Of a DNA stretch of 64,000 bases, positions 34,401 to 47,502 are shown one piece after another (the first letter of the stretch is position 1; each line of letters starts with the position of its first letter). The position numbers were made by a program, and so were the translations under genes. The notes beneath the pieces were generated by a model, which saw only the letters and a program-made list of their open reading frames with translations, did no database searches and was not told the origin of the DNA. Source of the DNA: Entomortierella parvispora E1425 (Eukaryota; Fungi; Mortierellomycota); the NCBI GenBank assembly GCA_020891255.1, contig BQFW01000004.1:1922001-1986000 (forward strand), read 5' to 3'.

Positions 34401-37400
34401 CATCAAAAACAACCGCGGCATCAACGACAACAGCAGTTTGCCGGATGAATACCTCTCCGAAATTTTCCACAACATCTCGACCAACGAGATTGTCTTGGAG
34501 GAGGAGCAAGCCCGTGAGGCCTCTAAATCGAACCCACCTGCGGCCGGAACCATCAAGCAGCGCCAAGAGCTCTATGACATGGCGATCTCTCAGATGCAAA
34601 AGAATGCTCGCGCCCTTCTCACTGGAAACGACAGACTTCGGAGCATTGCTGCTTGGAGAAACGCGACGCATGCAGAGCATGCCAAGCCGATGTTTGCCGT
34701 GGCCTGCTGGCCAGTCATGGCAACACTCAGTTTGGCGTTCGAAGAGGCGATCGACCCCAGCATCTTTGCCTCAAAGTCGGAGCCCAAGAGCCGTGAGTTT
34801 GCTGCCATTAATGCAGAGGCCATTGATCTCTGCCTTCGTGGTATGACCAATGCTATCCGAATTGCCAGCATCTTCCATATGGATGTCGAGCGCGATGCCT
34901 TTATCTCGTCTTTGGCCAAGCTAACAGGCATGAACCACGTGAGCGAGATGCAGCCCAAGAACGTGTTGGCCATTCGCACGCTTCTCAAGGTCGCCAACAC
35001 CATGGGTGAATACCTTGAAGGCAATTGGAACCTGGTACTAAAGACAATCAGTGCCATGGAACAGCTTCAATTGATCCCACGGGGTGGTCGGGTATCAAAC
35101 GAAGGATTCAACGGAATTGATTATCAACATATCGCCAACGGTGGGTCACCTGGATCAAATACCAGTGCTCCCCCAACCCCCCAGGTGTCTTCGAGACGCA
35201 AGGCATCGCTTTCGGCAATGATGAACGAATTCCAATCTCAGGATACCATCATTGCTATCGACAAAATATTTGCCAACAGTACCGCTTTGAGTGGAGATGC
35301 CATTGTTCACCTTTTCAAGTCCATCTGCGCCGTCTCTTTGGACGAAGTGGAGGGATCCAAGAATGCGCCCCGAATGTACATGCTTCAGCGTATTATCGAG
35401 ATTGGTAAGTATTTTTATGGTTCAAAGTTCGCTACGCAATTCACGGCAGCGGGGATAAAATAATTAACCCTAATTTCTTTGTGATTTCTTGTTATCCCGT
35501 GCAGCCGACTACAACATGGTCCGTATTCGTTTCGAATGGATGCAGATCTGGCGTATTCTCCAGGCGTACTTCAACGCCGTCGGCTGCAGTACAAACAACA
35601 ATGTGTCAACATTTGCGATCGATTCATTGCGCCAGCTGGCCATGAAGTTCCTTGCCCGTGATGAATTGGCACACTTTAACACCCAGAATGAGCTCCTGAG
35701 ACCCTTTGAACACATTTACAAGAACAACCCCTCCGCTGCGATTCACGATTTGATTATCCAGAGTCTTCGTCAAATGATCACTGCCCGTGCAAGCAACATC
35801 CGATCCGGCTGGAAGCCCATGTTTGGCGTTTTTGGCAGGACAGCAACCCATGGCAACGGAGCATTGGTCGAGAATGCATTTGGAATCGTGCAGATGATTT
35901 ATGAGAACAGTTTTGAGGTGATTGAGACCAGCTTTGTGGACTATGTCAACTGCCTGGTCGAATTTTGTTTCAACTATGATGAAAAGGTCGTTAACGGCGC
36001 CATGGTCTTGCTCAAGAAGTGCGCCCGTGGATTGCTTACGGAAGCCAGGGCGGGAGCTGCTGCCAAGGAAGAGCAACTCAACCTCCAGCAGCCTCATGTT
36101 GAAAAACACTTGGTTCTGGCAGATGGCCAGGCAAAGGAGACTGCCATCGCTGAGGAGGACGAGGATACGTTCTTCTTGAAGTGGTTCCCCATTGTCTATG
36201 GTCTGTCCCGAGTTGTGATTGATTCGGAGCTGCCCAGTGTCCGCTCCCAGGCATTGGTGAGCCTCTTTGAGATTTTGAACGGCTCTGGAGAGATTTTCGA
36301 GTCGCAGTACTGGTCCAAGATTTACCGTGTGGTGTTGATGCCCATTTTTGAGGACCTCAAGGATCCCGACTACAAGAGACGGGACTTGACGTCGACCATC
36401 TGGATCCAGGCCCTTCGTCTCATGATCAACCTGTACTCGCGCCAATACCACCAGGTCTTTTACGCTCAGACGGATTTCCTGAAGGGCCTCTTGGAGCTTA
36501 TCACTCTGTTGGTGAGCAAGAAGAGCGAGAACCTGGGCCAGATGGGTATCATTTGCCTCAGTCAGTTGGTCACCAAGAACGGCACCATGTTTGACGAAGA
36601 GCGCTGGGAGCTTATTACTGCGACACTGGAGACCATTTTTGAGATGACGACGCCTCATGAGGTCATGGTCCTCGACACTGGCGTCGCAGCTGACAGCAAC
36701 AGCCAGGCTGATGGTTCTTCTAACGCCGTAGCCGCTGCGACACCAACCCCGGCACCAAAGTTTGATTTCCAGGAGACCGTGACAAAGTGCGCCATTCACC
36801 TGGTCGCCATCACCTTTGTCAAGGACATGGCTCTTGTCGATCTTTCTCTTTGGCCTTCTTCCTCCTCTCCTTACACGTCTCACCACGTGTCCGCCCCTGG
36901 AAATGCAGCCCCCGGCAGTCAGCAGGGACAGGTTCAGAGTCCTACAGAGTCAATGGCAGGTTCAAGATCCTCCTCGTTCTCGGCAGCTCCAGGATCTATT
37001 GAGCAGCAGATCCCCGCAATCAAGCCTCGATTCTTGCACAACATGCCTACGGGACTTCGTCATCGTTGGTTGGAATGCTTGCGCAAGTCTTATCGCTTTG
37101 TGCGCGCGTTCAACGACAACTACGAGCTGCGTCACTACCTCTACAAGTCGGGTCAGATCCAGCAGATGCCCAACATGTTCAAGCAGGAGAACTTGGCCTT
37201 GACAACCTATGTCTCTGTCTTGTTTGATTTCTACCGACAGTTTGGAGATGGCGATGGCTATGATGCCGAGGACGAGATTCAGGCAGTTTTGGAGCCTCTG
37301 GTCCAAGAATCAAAGTTGATTGTGGCGCGCTACTTGGGAATGCTGAGCGAACCTAGCAAGTACCCCAAGGACGTGATTGTGAACCAGTCCCAGTTGACGA

Positions 37401-37783
37401 TCATGGTCCTGAGAGAGTTGCAGAGGACGCCCATCTGGTGGCCCAATGCAGCGACGATCTCTTCGCAGGATGGACGTGTTTCTCCCACCTCCAACAGTTC
37501 CTCCAACTCTTCGATCTTGTCCAAGCGATCGTCCCCAACGACTTCGCCCTCCCCGACGGGTTTGAACGGCTCTTCTTCTGCAGCAGGACGTCATCACCAA
37601 CATACCACGGCAGCATCGGCGGCGTCAATGGAGTCTGACAAGAGAAAATACCAGGGGCTGCGAAAGGAGTTGCCCGACTATTTCCGTCTGGCGATTCGAT
37701 TGGTGGGTGTGGAACGGACTGATGTCCGCGTGGCATTGCAAGAGTTCATGGGACGCGTTGGCGAGTTGCTCGTACTGGAGTAA
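31406..37783 (+). CDS. SEC7: Large ARF guanine-nucleotide exchange factor (Sec7/BIG family), multi-exon
   Basis: DCB-like N-terminus, HUS box (IYLNFDCD), Sec7 domain with FRLPGESQKIDRLLEKFA and IMLNTD, and HDS regions (FAIDSLRQLAMKFL, NIRSGWKPMF, LFEILN). Confidence 0.96.
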
Positions 37784-38022
37784 TGGTATACAAAAAAAAC
37801 ATCAAAACAGGAATCCATATTGTAGAAAATAAAGCGAAAAATTGTCGCGCTGTGTTTATCAGAAACGTCATATGTGAACGAACATCCATTGTGTCCACCT
37901 TTGGCACAGGATCGATGCACCTTTTTATTTCCAATAGATGGTCCAACTGGGGGGACAAAATGGTCAAAGTATTTGAAAAAGGGAAAAAAAACTGTGGGAT
38001 TCTCGACGCCACGTGTGACGCA

Positions 38023-38430
38023 TTACTTTGTCAGAATGGTCCATTTTCCATCCGTCGCGTCGTTGTCATGGTAACCAATGACACCGTTATCAGGATTGTC
38101 AAACAAAAAGATTGAGGGCGTAAGGACGTTTCGGATCTTGAAGGTGGTGTCGGTCACTGGAACAATCTCCCACTTGCCATCTGGGTTGGCCGAGTCCTGC
38201 CAGGTGATGGGCTTGTTCAGCCTGGTATTGTAATAAATGTTGTTGCCCGTGAATTGATTTTTGATCTTGTAAACGTTCTCGGCCACGGGTGTGATGAACC
38301 AATAACTATCTGCGATCGTCGACTCTTGCCAAGAGACCAGGCCGTCGTTCGCATTGTCGTATAAAAAACGACCGGTTGCCTGATTCTTGATGCGGATCGC
38401 GGTTTGGGGGATGGTAACTGACGGAGCCAT
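38023..38430 (-). CDS. Small ricin-B-like beta-trefoil lectin, 135 aa, no signal peptide, intronless
   Basis: Three ~42-aa repeats of the form (I/F)xI(K/R)NxxTG..W/Y..DxxWxI. ATG start and a TATA box upstream. Confidence 0.8.
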   Translation of the reverse strand: MAPSVTIPQTAIRIKNQATGRFLYDNANDGLVSWQESTIADSYWFITPVAENVYKIKNQFTGNNIYYNTRLNKPITWQDSANPDGKWEIVPVTDTTFKIRNVLTPSIFLFDNPDNGVIGYHDNDATDGKWTILTK

Positions 38431-38543
38431 TGTTTTTGGGGGGAAGGAAAAAGGGATGGTGAATAGGAGAGGGTGGTTGGTTGGAGGTTGTGGTGGGGTG
38501 GAAAATGGAGATGAGAGTTGGAATGATGGGCAATAAAGCGAGG

Positions 38544-38552
38544 TTTTTTATA
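38544..38552 (-). promoter_or_regulatory. TATA box of the lectin gene
   Basis: TATAAAAAA on the minus strand, ~115 nt upstream of the ATG. Confidence 0.55.
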
Positions 38553-38682
38553 CCCTGCAACTGGATAAGGACCCCAAGGTCAGAGATAACGCCAAGAGTG
38601 AATGCATGGCGACAAAATACTTTCAAGGGTACTGCTGCAATGACATGAGTGTGAGGACGCGTTCAAAAAAAAAAATTGCATC

Positions 38683-38965
38683 GTGCATGAGAAAAATAAC
38701 AAATCCTAGGAAAATAAGAGACTTTGAGGGAAGGGATAGAATCATGAGAGCCGTGTAAGAAAGAAAGGCTTGGGAACATGCAATATCGTGGGCGAAGGTG
38801 AGGATCGTAAGCGCTGTGCATACGAGAAAAATAACAAATCCTAGGAAACTGAGAGACTTTGAGGGAAGGGATAGAATCATGAGAACCGTGTTAAGAAAGA
38901 AAGGCATGGGAACATGCAATATCGTGGGCGAAGGTGAAGATCGTAAGCGTTGTGCATGAGGAAAA
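38683..38965. repeat. Tandem duplication of a ~133-136 bp unit (2 copies plus the start of a third)
   Basis: GTGCAT..GAGAAAAATAACAAATCCTAGGAAA..GAGACTTTGAGGGAAGGGATAGAATCATGAGA..GGGAACATGCAATATCGTGGGCGAAGGTGA.GATCGTAAGCG starts at 38683 and 38816; a partial copy starts at 38952. Confidence 0.92.
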
Positions 38966-40120
38966 CAAACCTTGGGGTCAGGGTCGTAATGCTTGAAGAA
39001 AATAAAAAGGAATTCCTGGGGCACGGAAGCGTTCCTGCATGATGTGGTTTTTTTATTTTATTTTGTTTTTGTTACGCCTGCAGACTGTTTGCAGATTACC
39101 TTAGCTGCATGAGTACCGTGGTGAATCAAGAACATATGCATCTTGTGTGGGTGCTCTGGTGCATGGGTGTTGACCAATTGCACCACTGTTGACAGCACCG
39201 GACAGACAGCTGGGGCTGACAGACAGACAGGACGGGCACGGATCCATCAAGAAAAGACCGTGGGTGCAGTGCTGTGCGCCGATTCGTCCCTTGAACGCGC
39301 TACCTGGTTGGTGGCAGGCACTCTCACAGCCCCGGGCTACAGCGTACAGCAGAAACTTGCTCCCAAACATCCCATTCCTTCAAACACGCCTACATGATCA
39401 CGGGCGTATAAACACCCACAATAATGAACAAAGCCGAAGTAGTACTGTTTTGGGCTTTTTTTTTCTTGTCAAAGGGTCCCTCGCGGTACGGTGGTTTATT
39501 GTCTGTTAATTGTAGGTACACATACGCTGGCGCGCCTGCTCCACCCAAGAGAAATTGACTTTGCACAACCCGTCTATGACGGCCTATTCACCCTGGTTTC
39601 GTGGTCTGCGACCTCCAAGCGGGAGCTACTGGCTTGCTAGAGCAAGGCCAGGCCCAGTCCTCAAAGTGGCCTTTCATGCTCGTTCGTCACCAGTCTCCAA
39701 GATCCTTTTCCAAGAAGTACTTCACCCCCTCTGTTCTTTCCATGACTCTCAGCACGCGCTTTCCTTGGTACTCTTTCAAGACATCTTTGTCCGCGGCCTT
39801 GTGGAGTCTCTTCATCCTTGTCCTACCTTCGTGTCCGCCGGACTTACCAGACTTACCAGGCATACATTACACAGATCAATGGACAAGTTTCGATCTTTCT
39901 CCCACAATTTCTGATCTTTCTTTCCCAAAACACATCCAAACGGCGGCCCCTTTTTGGCAGTACGCACCACTTACGTGATGATCATGATGACCATTGTTTT
40001 TGGGGCCCAGGTGGCTTTTTTTAAGGCGCTTTCAAGATGCTCGGATAAAAGATGTCATAAGCGTCACGTGATCTTTGTTACTTAGATTTTCTCTCCGAAG
40101 GACAGATATCCGAATAGATC

Positions 40121-40193
40121 GGGGATCTAGCTCAAATGGTAGAGCGCTCGCTTAGCATGCGAGAGGCACTGGGATCGATGCCCAGGTTCTCCA
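40121..40193 (+). tRNA. tRNA-Ala (anticodon AGC)
   Basis: Cloverleaf GGGGATC..anticodon arm CTCGC-TTAGCAT-GCGAG..T arm CTGGG-ATCGATG-CCCAG..GTTCTCCA. Has the G3:U70 Ala determinant and a downstream TTTT Pol III terminator; one U6:U67 mismatch. Confidence 0.95.
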
Positions 40194-42290
40194 ATACTTT
40201 TGTTTTGCTTCGACAGCAAGTGCTGCAAGTTACAAGGATCTGTATGGTCGTAGGTGCAGTCTCTGCCGATCATGGCGGGGACCTTTTTTTTGGCACTCTT
40301 ACCCGCCGCCCTTGACAGCCCTGACCGATCCAACTCTTTACCCAAATATGTCCATGACCGTCGACCTACCCTGTCCTCGTTTTAATTGAACCATTGAACC
40401 ATGGTCCTTCGTCACTTTTCACATAGTTACCTTATCGTTAAATTTGATGGGAAACTATTCATTTTTTCGAGCAGCCTCACGGGGTTGACAGGCAGCCGCG
40501 AACCCTCCCTCTCTTTCACTCACCCACATGGTAACTGATTCCAAGGGCATCGATATTGCTCGGTGATGGGGTAGGTCGACCGCTGTGGATATGTTCCGCG
40601 ATAAAGAATTGGATCAGACGAAGATAAAGAAACAAAAAAGTCAAGGTCGTGGGTAGAGGGGGCTATTCTATGTTTTTGTCGCGCGCCCTGCCGTCTTTAA
40701 TGGCCCCAATAGGGAACCCGTATCCTGTTGACAGGGGACGTCACAAAAAACACAGTCGAAAGCGCCACCTAGTATGATGGTACTCGCAAATCAAAACTAT
40801 TCAACGGTCAGGTCTGCAAAGAGCTGTGTTTACCCATGTGTTGTAAGGGGCATCAGTGACAGAAAAAAAAGGGATATATAATTTACTTGGAAGAGTGAGA
40901 TTGGCCGTGGTGCATCCGATGCACGACGGTCAACTCGAATGAACCTGAAGACCAATCCTTCTAACACATGTTATCCTTCAACGCTTGTCTAGCTTTTCTT
41001 CATCTGATGATGACATCAACCCTGCGTTTTTGCCTCCAACCAGGCCGAGTTTCGCCAGGTTCTCGACGACTGAACAGGGAATAAGATTTTGATGTCTTGC
41101 CACGCGATGCGCACATGGTGTTGTGTAACATCCATCCATTTTGGTGGCACTTGCATCCTCAATTTGGCTGATCAAACATTCCAAACCGAACTGTTCATTT
41201 TCTCCTTTATTTTCCTGCACGCGCCCAGATTCATTCGCGCCGCACGGTAACTGGCTCTATTCTGCGTCCTTCTGCTTCCTCATCACTGTCATGCTCAACA
41301 CGGAGTCAATGAGTATACTCTATAGATAGTGTTTATTCGAAGAACTGTTTCTTTTTTTCTTCCGAAGAAAGCTTCGTAAGCAAAAAAAAAAAAAAGGCAG
41401 ACACAAGGTGAACCTGGTTGTGTTTTGGTTTCCCATAATCATCTGTTTTATGCACAAGCAAAGGAACAGTAGTTAACACATTTGGCCCAGAGGCAGAGTG
41501 CATGGAGGAAAAAAAAGAGTGAGAGCGTTTGTCCCGATTGGATCATCCGCGGACCCATCGCGATCGGGCGTTCAAAGTAGACAGCCGTGGGAAGAAGGGC
41601 AGACCAGTTACCGGCCTGGATACTGGCGGGGGTGTATATTTGTCCATAGGTTCGCGGGAAATCAGTGTACGCTCGCTCGTTCAGTAGAGTTTAGCAGTAG
41701 CTCCACCGGCGCAAAGAGTATCCACGTTCACATGTCCAGGTGAGCAGCGGCAGTAAAAATAAAAAGCAAGAGGCGGCGCCTGAAGTTGAGAATGGGAAGC
41801 GAGGGCACCTAGGGACAGGTCAACTCAATTGGGGACAAGGTGCAGTTGCAAAACGAGAGGAGGGATCACCGGCTCAATGAGGGTCCGCTTTGTGGCACCA
41901 CTGCGGGGCCAAGGGGGACAAAAAACTCGAATTTTAAGCATTGAACAGCAGACCACGGACGGGCGGATCAGCCTACCCTTTGCCGAACGAGCGAGCGAGC
42001 GGGCGCATGTCCTTCTCTTCTCCTTCCTTGCTTTCCCTTGCGGTGTCCTTGCCCTCCTCTTGGCCTTCCTCTTGGCCTTCTTTACCTTCCTTTTCCTCTC
42101 TTTCCTCATCTTCCTTCCGTTCCAAAGCTCATTCACTCCTTATTCTCTCCTCCGCTTCTTTTTTCACTCGTCACATCTCTCTTTCATAACCCACTTTGCA
42201 TTCCCTGACACCCTCTCCTCAGTAGCACCAGCCCTTCCTCACAATCCCCCCGCACCCGCACCCACATTCACATTCACATTCCCTACTGCA

Positions 42291-45200
42291 ATGAAGTTTG
42301 GGAAGACCCTCTTCCGGAATCAGGTACCTGAACTGCATTCCTTCGCGCGGATCACTTGAATCGAACCCGTCACATTGCTGAATGCTCAAAAGAATCAAAT
42401 GAATGTCCCATTTCTACTGGCTAGATCCCAGAGTGGACCCGGCATTACCTCTCCTACAAGGGACTCAAGAAGGAGATTAAGAATGGACAGGTAGCCCTCT
42501 CTCATGGAGAATTGTCCATGGACGACGTGGTTACTGGTAACTGAAGTGAAGGATTGTTTTGGCGAACGGTTCTTTTTTATTTTATTATCTCTTTTTGTTT
42601 TCGCCTATGCTTATTTCCGTTACTGCCATGCGGGCGATAGATATTGATGGGAAGATGACGATGGTGACAGCAACGACAGGCGACTAACCAATCCATCCTC
42701 CTGGCAAAAAACAAATCATTTCTTCATAGCATTCGTTTTCCATCTCGACAGAGAGGTAGAGAAAGTCAATAGTTTCTTTCTCTACAAGCGATCGGAGTTG
42801 GAGCGAAGACTCCGTATCCTCACTGAAAAATCAAGACGACTCGGTCCCAGCGCTGGCTCGTCCTCTACAACCATCACCCCAGCAGCGGCAGCAATGGGCA
42901 ATGCTGCCAAGTCGCGTCTCGATTTGTCCATTGTGACTTCGCCCAAGGGATCAACGGCGGCGGCACCAGCTTCCTCGACCACACCGCTTGTAGCACCTTC
43001 CCCCTTTATCAGTGATCCCGAGGCAGATGCAGAGTGTCTCCACGCAATGCTTCAGACCAAGGAGATGCTGTCGAAAATAACATGGTTTGCCACAATGAAC
43101 CGCAGGGCCGTTGAAAAAATTCTGAAGAAGTAAGTTTCAGTCATTTTTTTTGTTCCTTGTTTCTGCGAGAGCGTCAGTAGAGGAATATCATTCGGATCAT
43201 GGAAACAGGAACGTGTACACGGATCAGAGTCCACATGGAAAGTGAAGATCGTCGTTCAAACCAAGACAGCACAGGACTAGAGGGGGATGGACCAGGTCGC
43301 ACAGGAACGAGAAACAAATTTCCCAGAGAGATGCTTCTCCCAACACACGTGTTGTTTCTGAATGGTGGTGAGCTGGGCAGTCAAGTTCCAGTCCTGGTTT
43401 CGCCGTCAAACGAATCTCGTTCCTTTTGATGACGCGAAGCCAATCGCCAGTAGTGCTTTTGGTGATGGCTTGTACCTTCCAATCCAGGATTCAGTCTTTC
43501 CCACCCACCCCGCTGTCAAAAGACACGCGGTTGCGCCTCATGTGTGTGTGGATTTGCGCAAGCGCAATCACGCAAGACGCGTCAAACTAAATCCTTCCAT
43601 TACGTCTTTGTCGTTGTCCAACAGGTTCGACAAACGCATGTCTACCGTCTGCCGGGAAGATTACTTGACCACAAAGGTCAACCTGCTCCCTTTCGTCACC
43701 GATGGTCAGCTCCTGGAAATGGCAGTGGCCACGGATGTTCTTATTCGCGAAATGAGTGCCGTTGTTGCCGATCACCCACCAGCCAAATTGGGCATGTCTC
43801 CTCAACAAACCAGTGAAGCTCGTCTGGGATTAACAGAGTCAGAAACTGACGAGGCCGTAAAGGCCATTGAGCAAGACGACGTGGAAACTCTCAAGCGAAT
43901 CATCGAAGACAAGATCAAGGAAAATCCAAAGCTGAAAGATATCTTCCTCTCTTCCGCCAAGTCTGGTCGTGTTGGTCAGGTAATATCATGATCAACAAAA
44001 ATGCACCTAAGATTTCAAAGTTTTTACTCATAGCTGACTTTTCTTTTTCATCTCTGGTCCCTGTAGCTTCCAAGAGCACTGTTTAGGAAAGCATGTCAGG
44101 AGCGGGCTTTCCAGTGCATTGCATACCTCATGTCTTTCGGGGCAGGTACCCTCATGGTCAATGTCAATGAGCAGACAGTGCTGCACAAGTTGGCGATCGA
44201 GGGAGGTGTTTTCTCGAAATCACAAGACTCTGAGCGAAGACCAAACATCGGCTCCCTGTTGCCTGAAAAGACACCCGAGAATGTTATTAAGGCTCCAAAG
44301 GACGACCCAGCCTTGATCAGCTTTATTTTGAACCAAATCTCTTCATACGCATCTACGGACTCACTCTGTGCATTGAAATCGACTGCAGACATTTTTGGAC
44401 GGCGACCATTGCACTACGCTGCTATGTATGGTTTTACCAACATCACCCGCGCTCTACTTAATGACTTGAAGGCCACTGGAGAGTTTGTTGACTTTTCGAG
44501 CCCTTACTGGCTGGACACGGATGGATTCTCCCCTCTCATCTACGCTGTCACGAGAGGTCAGGCGGGAGTTCTTCGGATTTTGATCGAGGAGGGCGGAATC
44601 ACGGATGTGGATACCGTTACCAATGGTAAGTACTTTTGAAACCAGTTTGACTAAAGTCCTAAAGATTCGATACTCATTCGATCTCTTCGTTTCTTGTAGT
44701 GTGCGCCATTACTCCCTCCATCCCCAAGATCATGCCCACAACTCCTTTGACAGTTTTGAATCCTCTTGTTGGGTCGGAGGCCAACTTGCATGCCGCGTAC
44801 ACCTACACACCGCTCTCAATCGCTTGTCGACTTGGACATGTGGAGGCAACCAAGCTTTTAATCCAATGCGGGGCAAATTTGGATGCCCAAGATGAGGATG
44901 GTGAATCGTGTCTCATCATTGCGGCCAAGAGTGGACACGTTGAATGTGTTAAGCTGCTTTTGGCTGGATCTCCTAATGGCAAGGGCGCTGACATGGAGCT
45001 TCGTGAGCGTTATTACGGATGGACGGCACTGCATCTCGCTGGTAAGCCAAACAGCCAGAAGCTTAAGTTCTAAATGGTGAATGTGTAATCATATTTGTCT
45101 TTAACAAGTATCCTGCTTGTCCGCTGGATCAACTAGCAATTGAAAATCACCCGGACGTTGTTAAGGTCTTGCTAGCCGCTGGTGCCAACCCTAATGTGTA

Positions 45201-47401
45201 CGACTTCTCTTCCTGGAACGCACACGAGCATGCCGTATTTGCAGCCAACAATGTTTGTGCAGCCATTCTTCGACCTGTGAGCCGGACTCTGGATGAACGT
45301 CAACAGCTGCAAAGAGACTCACTTCTTTTGGGAGAGCCCCTCCAAGGCAGTCCCACCAAGGCCAACTTTTCAGGCTCGCAGGCCATGCTTCCTACTCTGT
45401 CTTCTGGATCTACGGGCTCGGGAGGCCCAATTCTGCGTGCGGACTCACCTCCTGTTTCTGGAGGCAAGAACGGTGTGAAACTATCCAAGACTGTCCACCG
45501 AGCATATGGTCACAAATACCTGGAGGGCGATTCATTGATCGTTGTCACTCTGGGATCGAACGACATCCGCAACACGGCGGAGCCTGTAGAGCTCTTCCAC
45601 ACCGGCAGCGACAATTCGTTCTTGACCGCCAGTACTGCGTTTTCGCTCGAGATCACTTCCGAGAACGCGACCGCGGGTGAGAAGGTCATTATCGACTTGC
45701 CCTTGAAAGATGCGCGGTACCAGGAGCAAATTGTGTTCTACTCTGCCAACCCTGAAGAGACGATTCTCAACTTTTCAGTGTACCCAACATTCGGTCATTC
45801 GAGTGATAAGCTCGTAGGACGTGGAACCGCGATGCTCTCAAGTTTGGATAACTTGAGAAAGGATGTCAGTAACCACCATCCTAGGATGACACCGTTGCAA
45901 GGGATGAACATGACAGTCCCCATCTTTGGAGTCGATAGTATGACGATTATTGGACGCGTTCGGGTAGAGTTCTCAGTGGTTCGACCCTTCCAGCATGAGA
46001 ACCTTCGAGTTGGAAGCAAGCACACTTATTGGAAGAGTCTGACCACCACAGTCATTGGACATCGCGGTTTGGGTATGAACCGCAAGGTATCGAACCTTCA
46101 GGTCGGTGAAAACACGCTCCTGTCGTTCGTCACTGCCGCGTCTCTTGGTGCTGAATATGTCGAGTTTGGTAAGTGTTTAGAATGGGAAAGAAGGATGGGC
46201 TCGATGTTGCCGTTCGCTAATTCTTTTTTTTTTTTTTTTTTTTTCTTCATATTTTTAGATGTTCAAATGACCAAGGACTTGGAGCCTGTCCTTTACCACG
46301 ATTGGACTGTGACCGAAACTGGCTTGGATATCCCTGTCAGTTCCATTACTGTTGACCAATTCCGGAAACTGAGCACCAAATCCTCTCCAAGGAACCGACA
46401 CGGTAGCACATCCTCCACTCCTACTTCTCCTCGGTCAGAAACTACGGCAACCATGCCAGGTATCTCCATCACTCCTCCACCATCCAAATCCAACGGCACC
46501 GTCAACAATGTTAGCAATGACAATGCATTGGACAGGTCTGAACTTCCAAGAAGATCATCTCATCAGAATGGCTCGGAAAGTCCTGGAAAGGAGGGGGGAC
46601 GTTTGGGGCGATCCAACAGTTTGGGTGCCATGGCGAAGCTGAAGTCTTTGAGCACGGTTTCTGAACCCGTGGATCCTTCTGCAAAGATGAAGGGTAACGG
46701 ACTTGGAACTATCCAGGCTCCTTTTGCCACTCTCAAGGAGACATTCCAGGTAAGCAAAAGTGGATGAAAGATGATGACGGGTACGAGAAAGCCCCATCTG
46801 AACGCTTCTCCAATTTTATTGACATTTATTCATCTCGTTTTTTTTTTTTTTTTTTTTTTTTGTTAAAATTCAGACGGTTCCATCTCACATCGGATTCAAC
46901 ATTGAAGTCAAGTACCCTATGTTGGACGAGGCTGAGGATGCCAACATCCCCCTTTACTCTTTTGAGCTCAATCTTTTTGTGGACCGAATTTTGCAGGAAG
47001 TCTATGACCACGACCAGACTCATCCTGACAGGAACATCATCTTTTCATCGTTCCATCCCGACATTTGTCTGCTTTTGAACATGAAGCAGCCCAACTACCC
47101 AGTTTTCTTTTTGACTGACGGTGGTACCTCTGTCTTGGCTGATCGTCGATGCAATTCTATCCAAGGAGCTGTCCGATTCGCCTCGTCTATTGATCTTTTG
47201 GGCATCGTCACTCATTCTGACCCCATCTTGGAGGCACCTAATCTGGTCAAGGGCATCAAGGAGTCGGGATTGCTGGTGTTCACCTATGGTGCTGGAAACA
47301 ACGATGTAGACAATGCAAAGCTGCAGAGGCGCCATGGTGTTGATGCAGTCATCGTGGATTGTGTCCTGGCGGTCAGGAAAGGACTTCAGCAGGCGGATTG
47401 A
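42291..47401 (+). CDS. GDE1: SPX-ankyrin-GDPD glycerophosphodiester phosphodiesterase, multi-exon
   Basis: SPX start MKFGKTLFRNQ..EWTRHYLSYKGLKK, ankyrin repeats (GRRPLHYAA, TPLSIAC, GWTALHLA), GDPD VIGHRGLGMN..ENT, EFDVQMTKD, NIEVKYP, and C-terminal GVDAVIVDCV. Confidence 0.95.
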
Positions 47402-47502
47402 AATAAGCGAGAAGAGAGGGCGGTTACGAGGGAGTATGGATAGGTTATTTTTGGGGAGTAGGAGCTTTTTTTCTTAAAAAAGGGCCTCCGTTGTATTATT
47501 TA

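Noticed and set aside
35624-36886. Long antisense ORFs (also 16066-16800, 23529-24203, 26097-26777, 48518-49096, 51637-52326, 57929-58528)
   Set aside because: These are shadow ORFs opposite well-supported genes, explained by codon bias; they carry no recognisable motifs.
38623-39024. Hydrophobic 133-aa minus-strand ORF with an internal repeat, resembling a small membrane protein
   Set aside because: It is the translation of the purine-rich 135-bp duplication. The copies differ by indels that ignore frame, and it has no ATG start.
39555-39978. Two overlapping 119-125 aa plus-strand ORFs upstream of the tRNA
   Set aside because: They use alternative starts, show no motifs or splice support, and neither frame looks preferentially coding.
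40200-41900. Possible tRNA-targeted retroelement or gene relic, including ORF 40978-41220
   Set aside because: No reverse transcriptase, integrase or transposase motifs and no terminal repeats were recognised; the ORFs are short and lack support.
43130-43624. Longest GDE1 intron (495 nt) as a possible snoRNA host
   Set aside because: A TGATGA is present (~43426), but I found no suitably placed CTGA D box or terminal stem, and no clear H/ACA structure.
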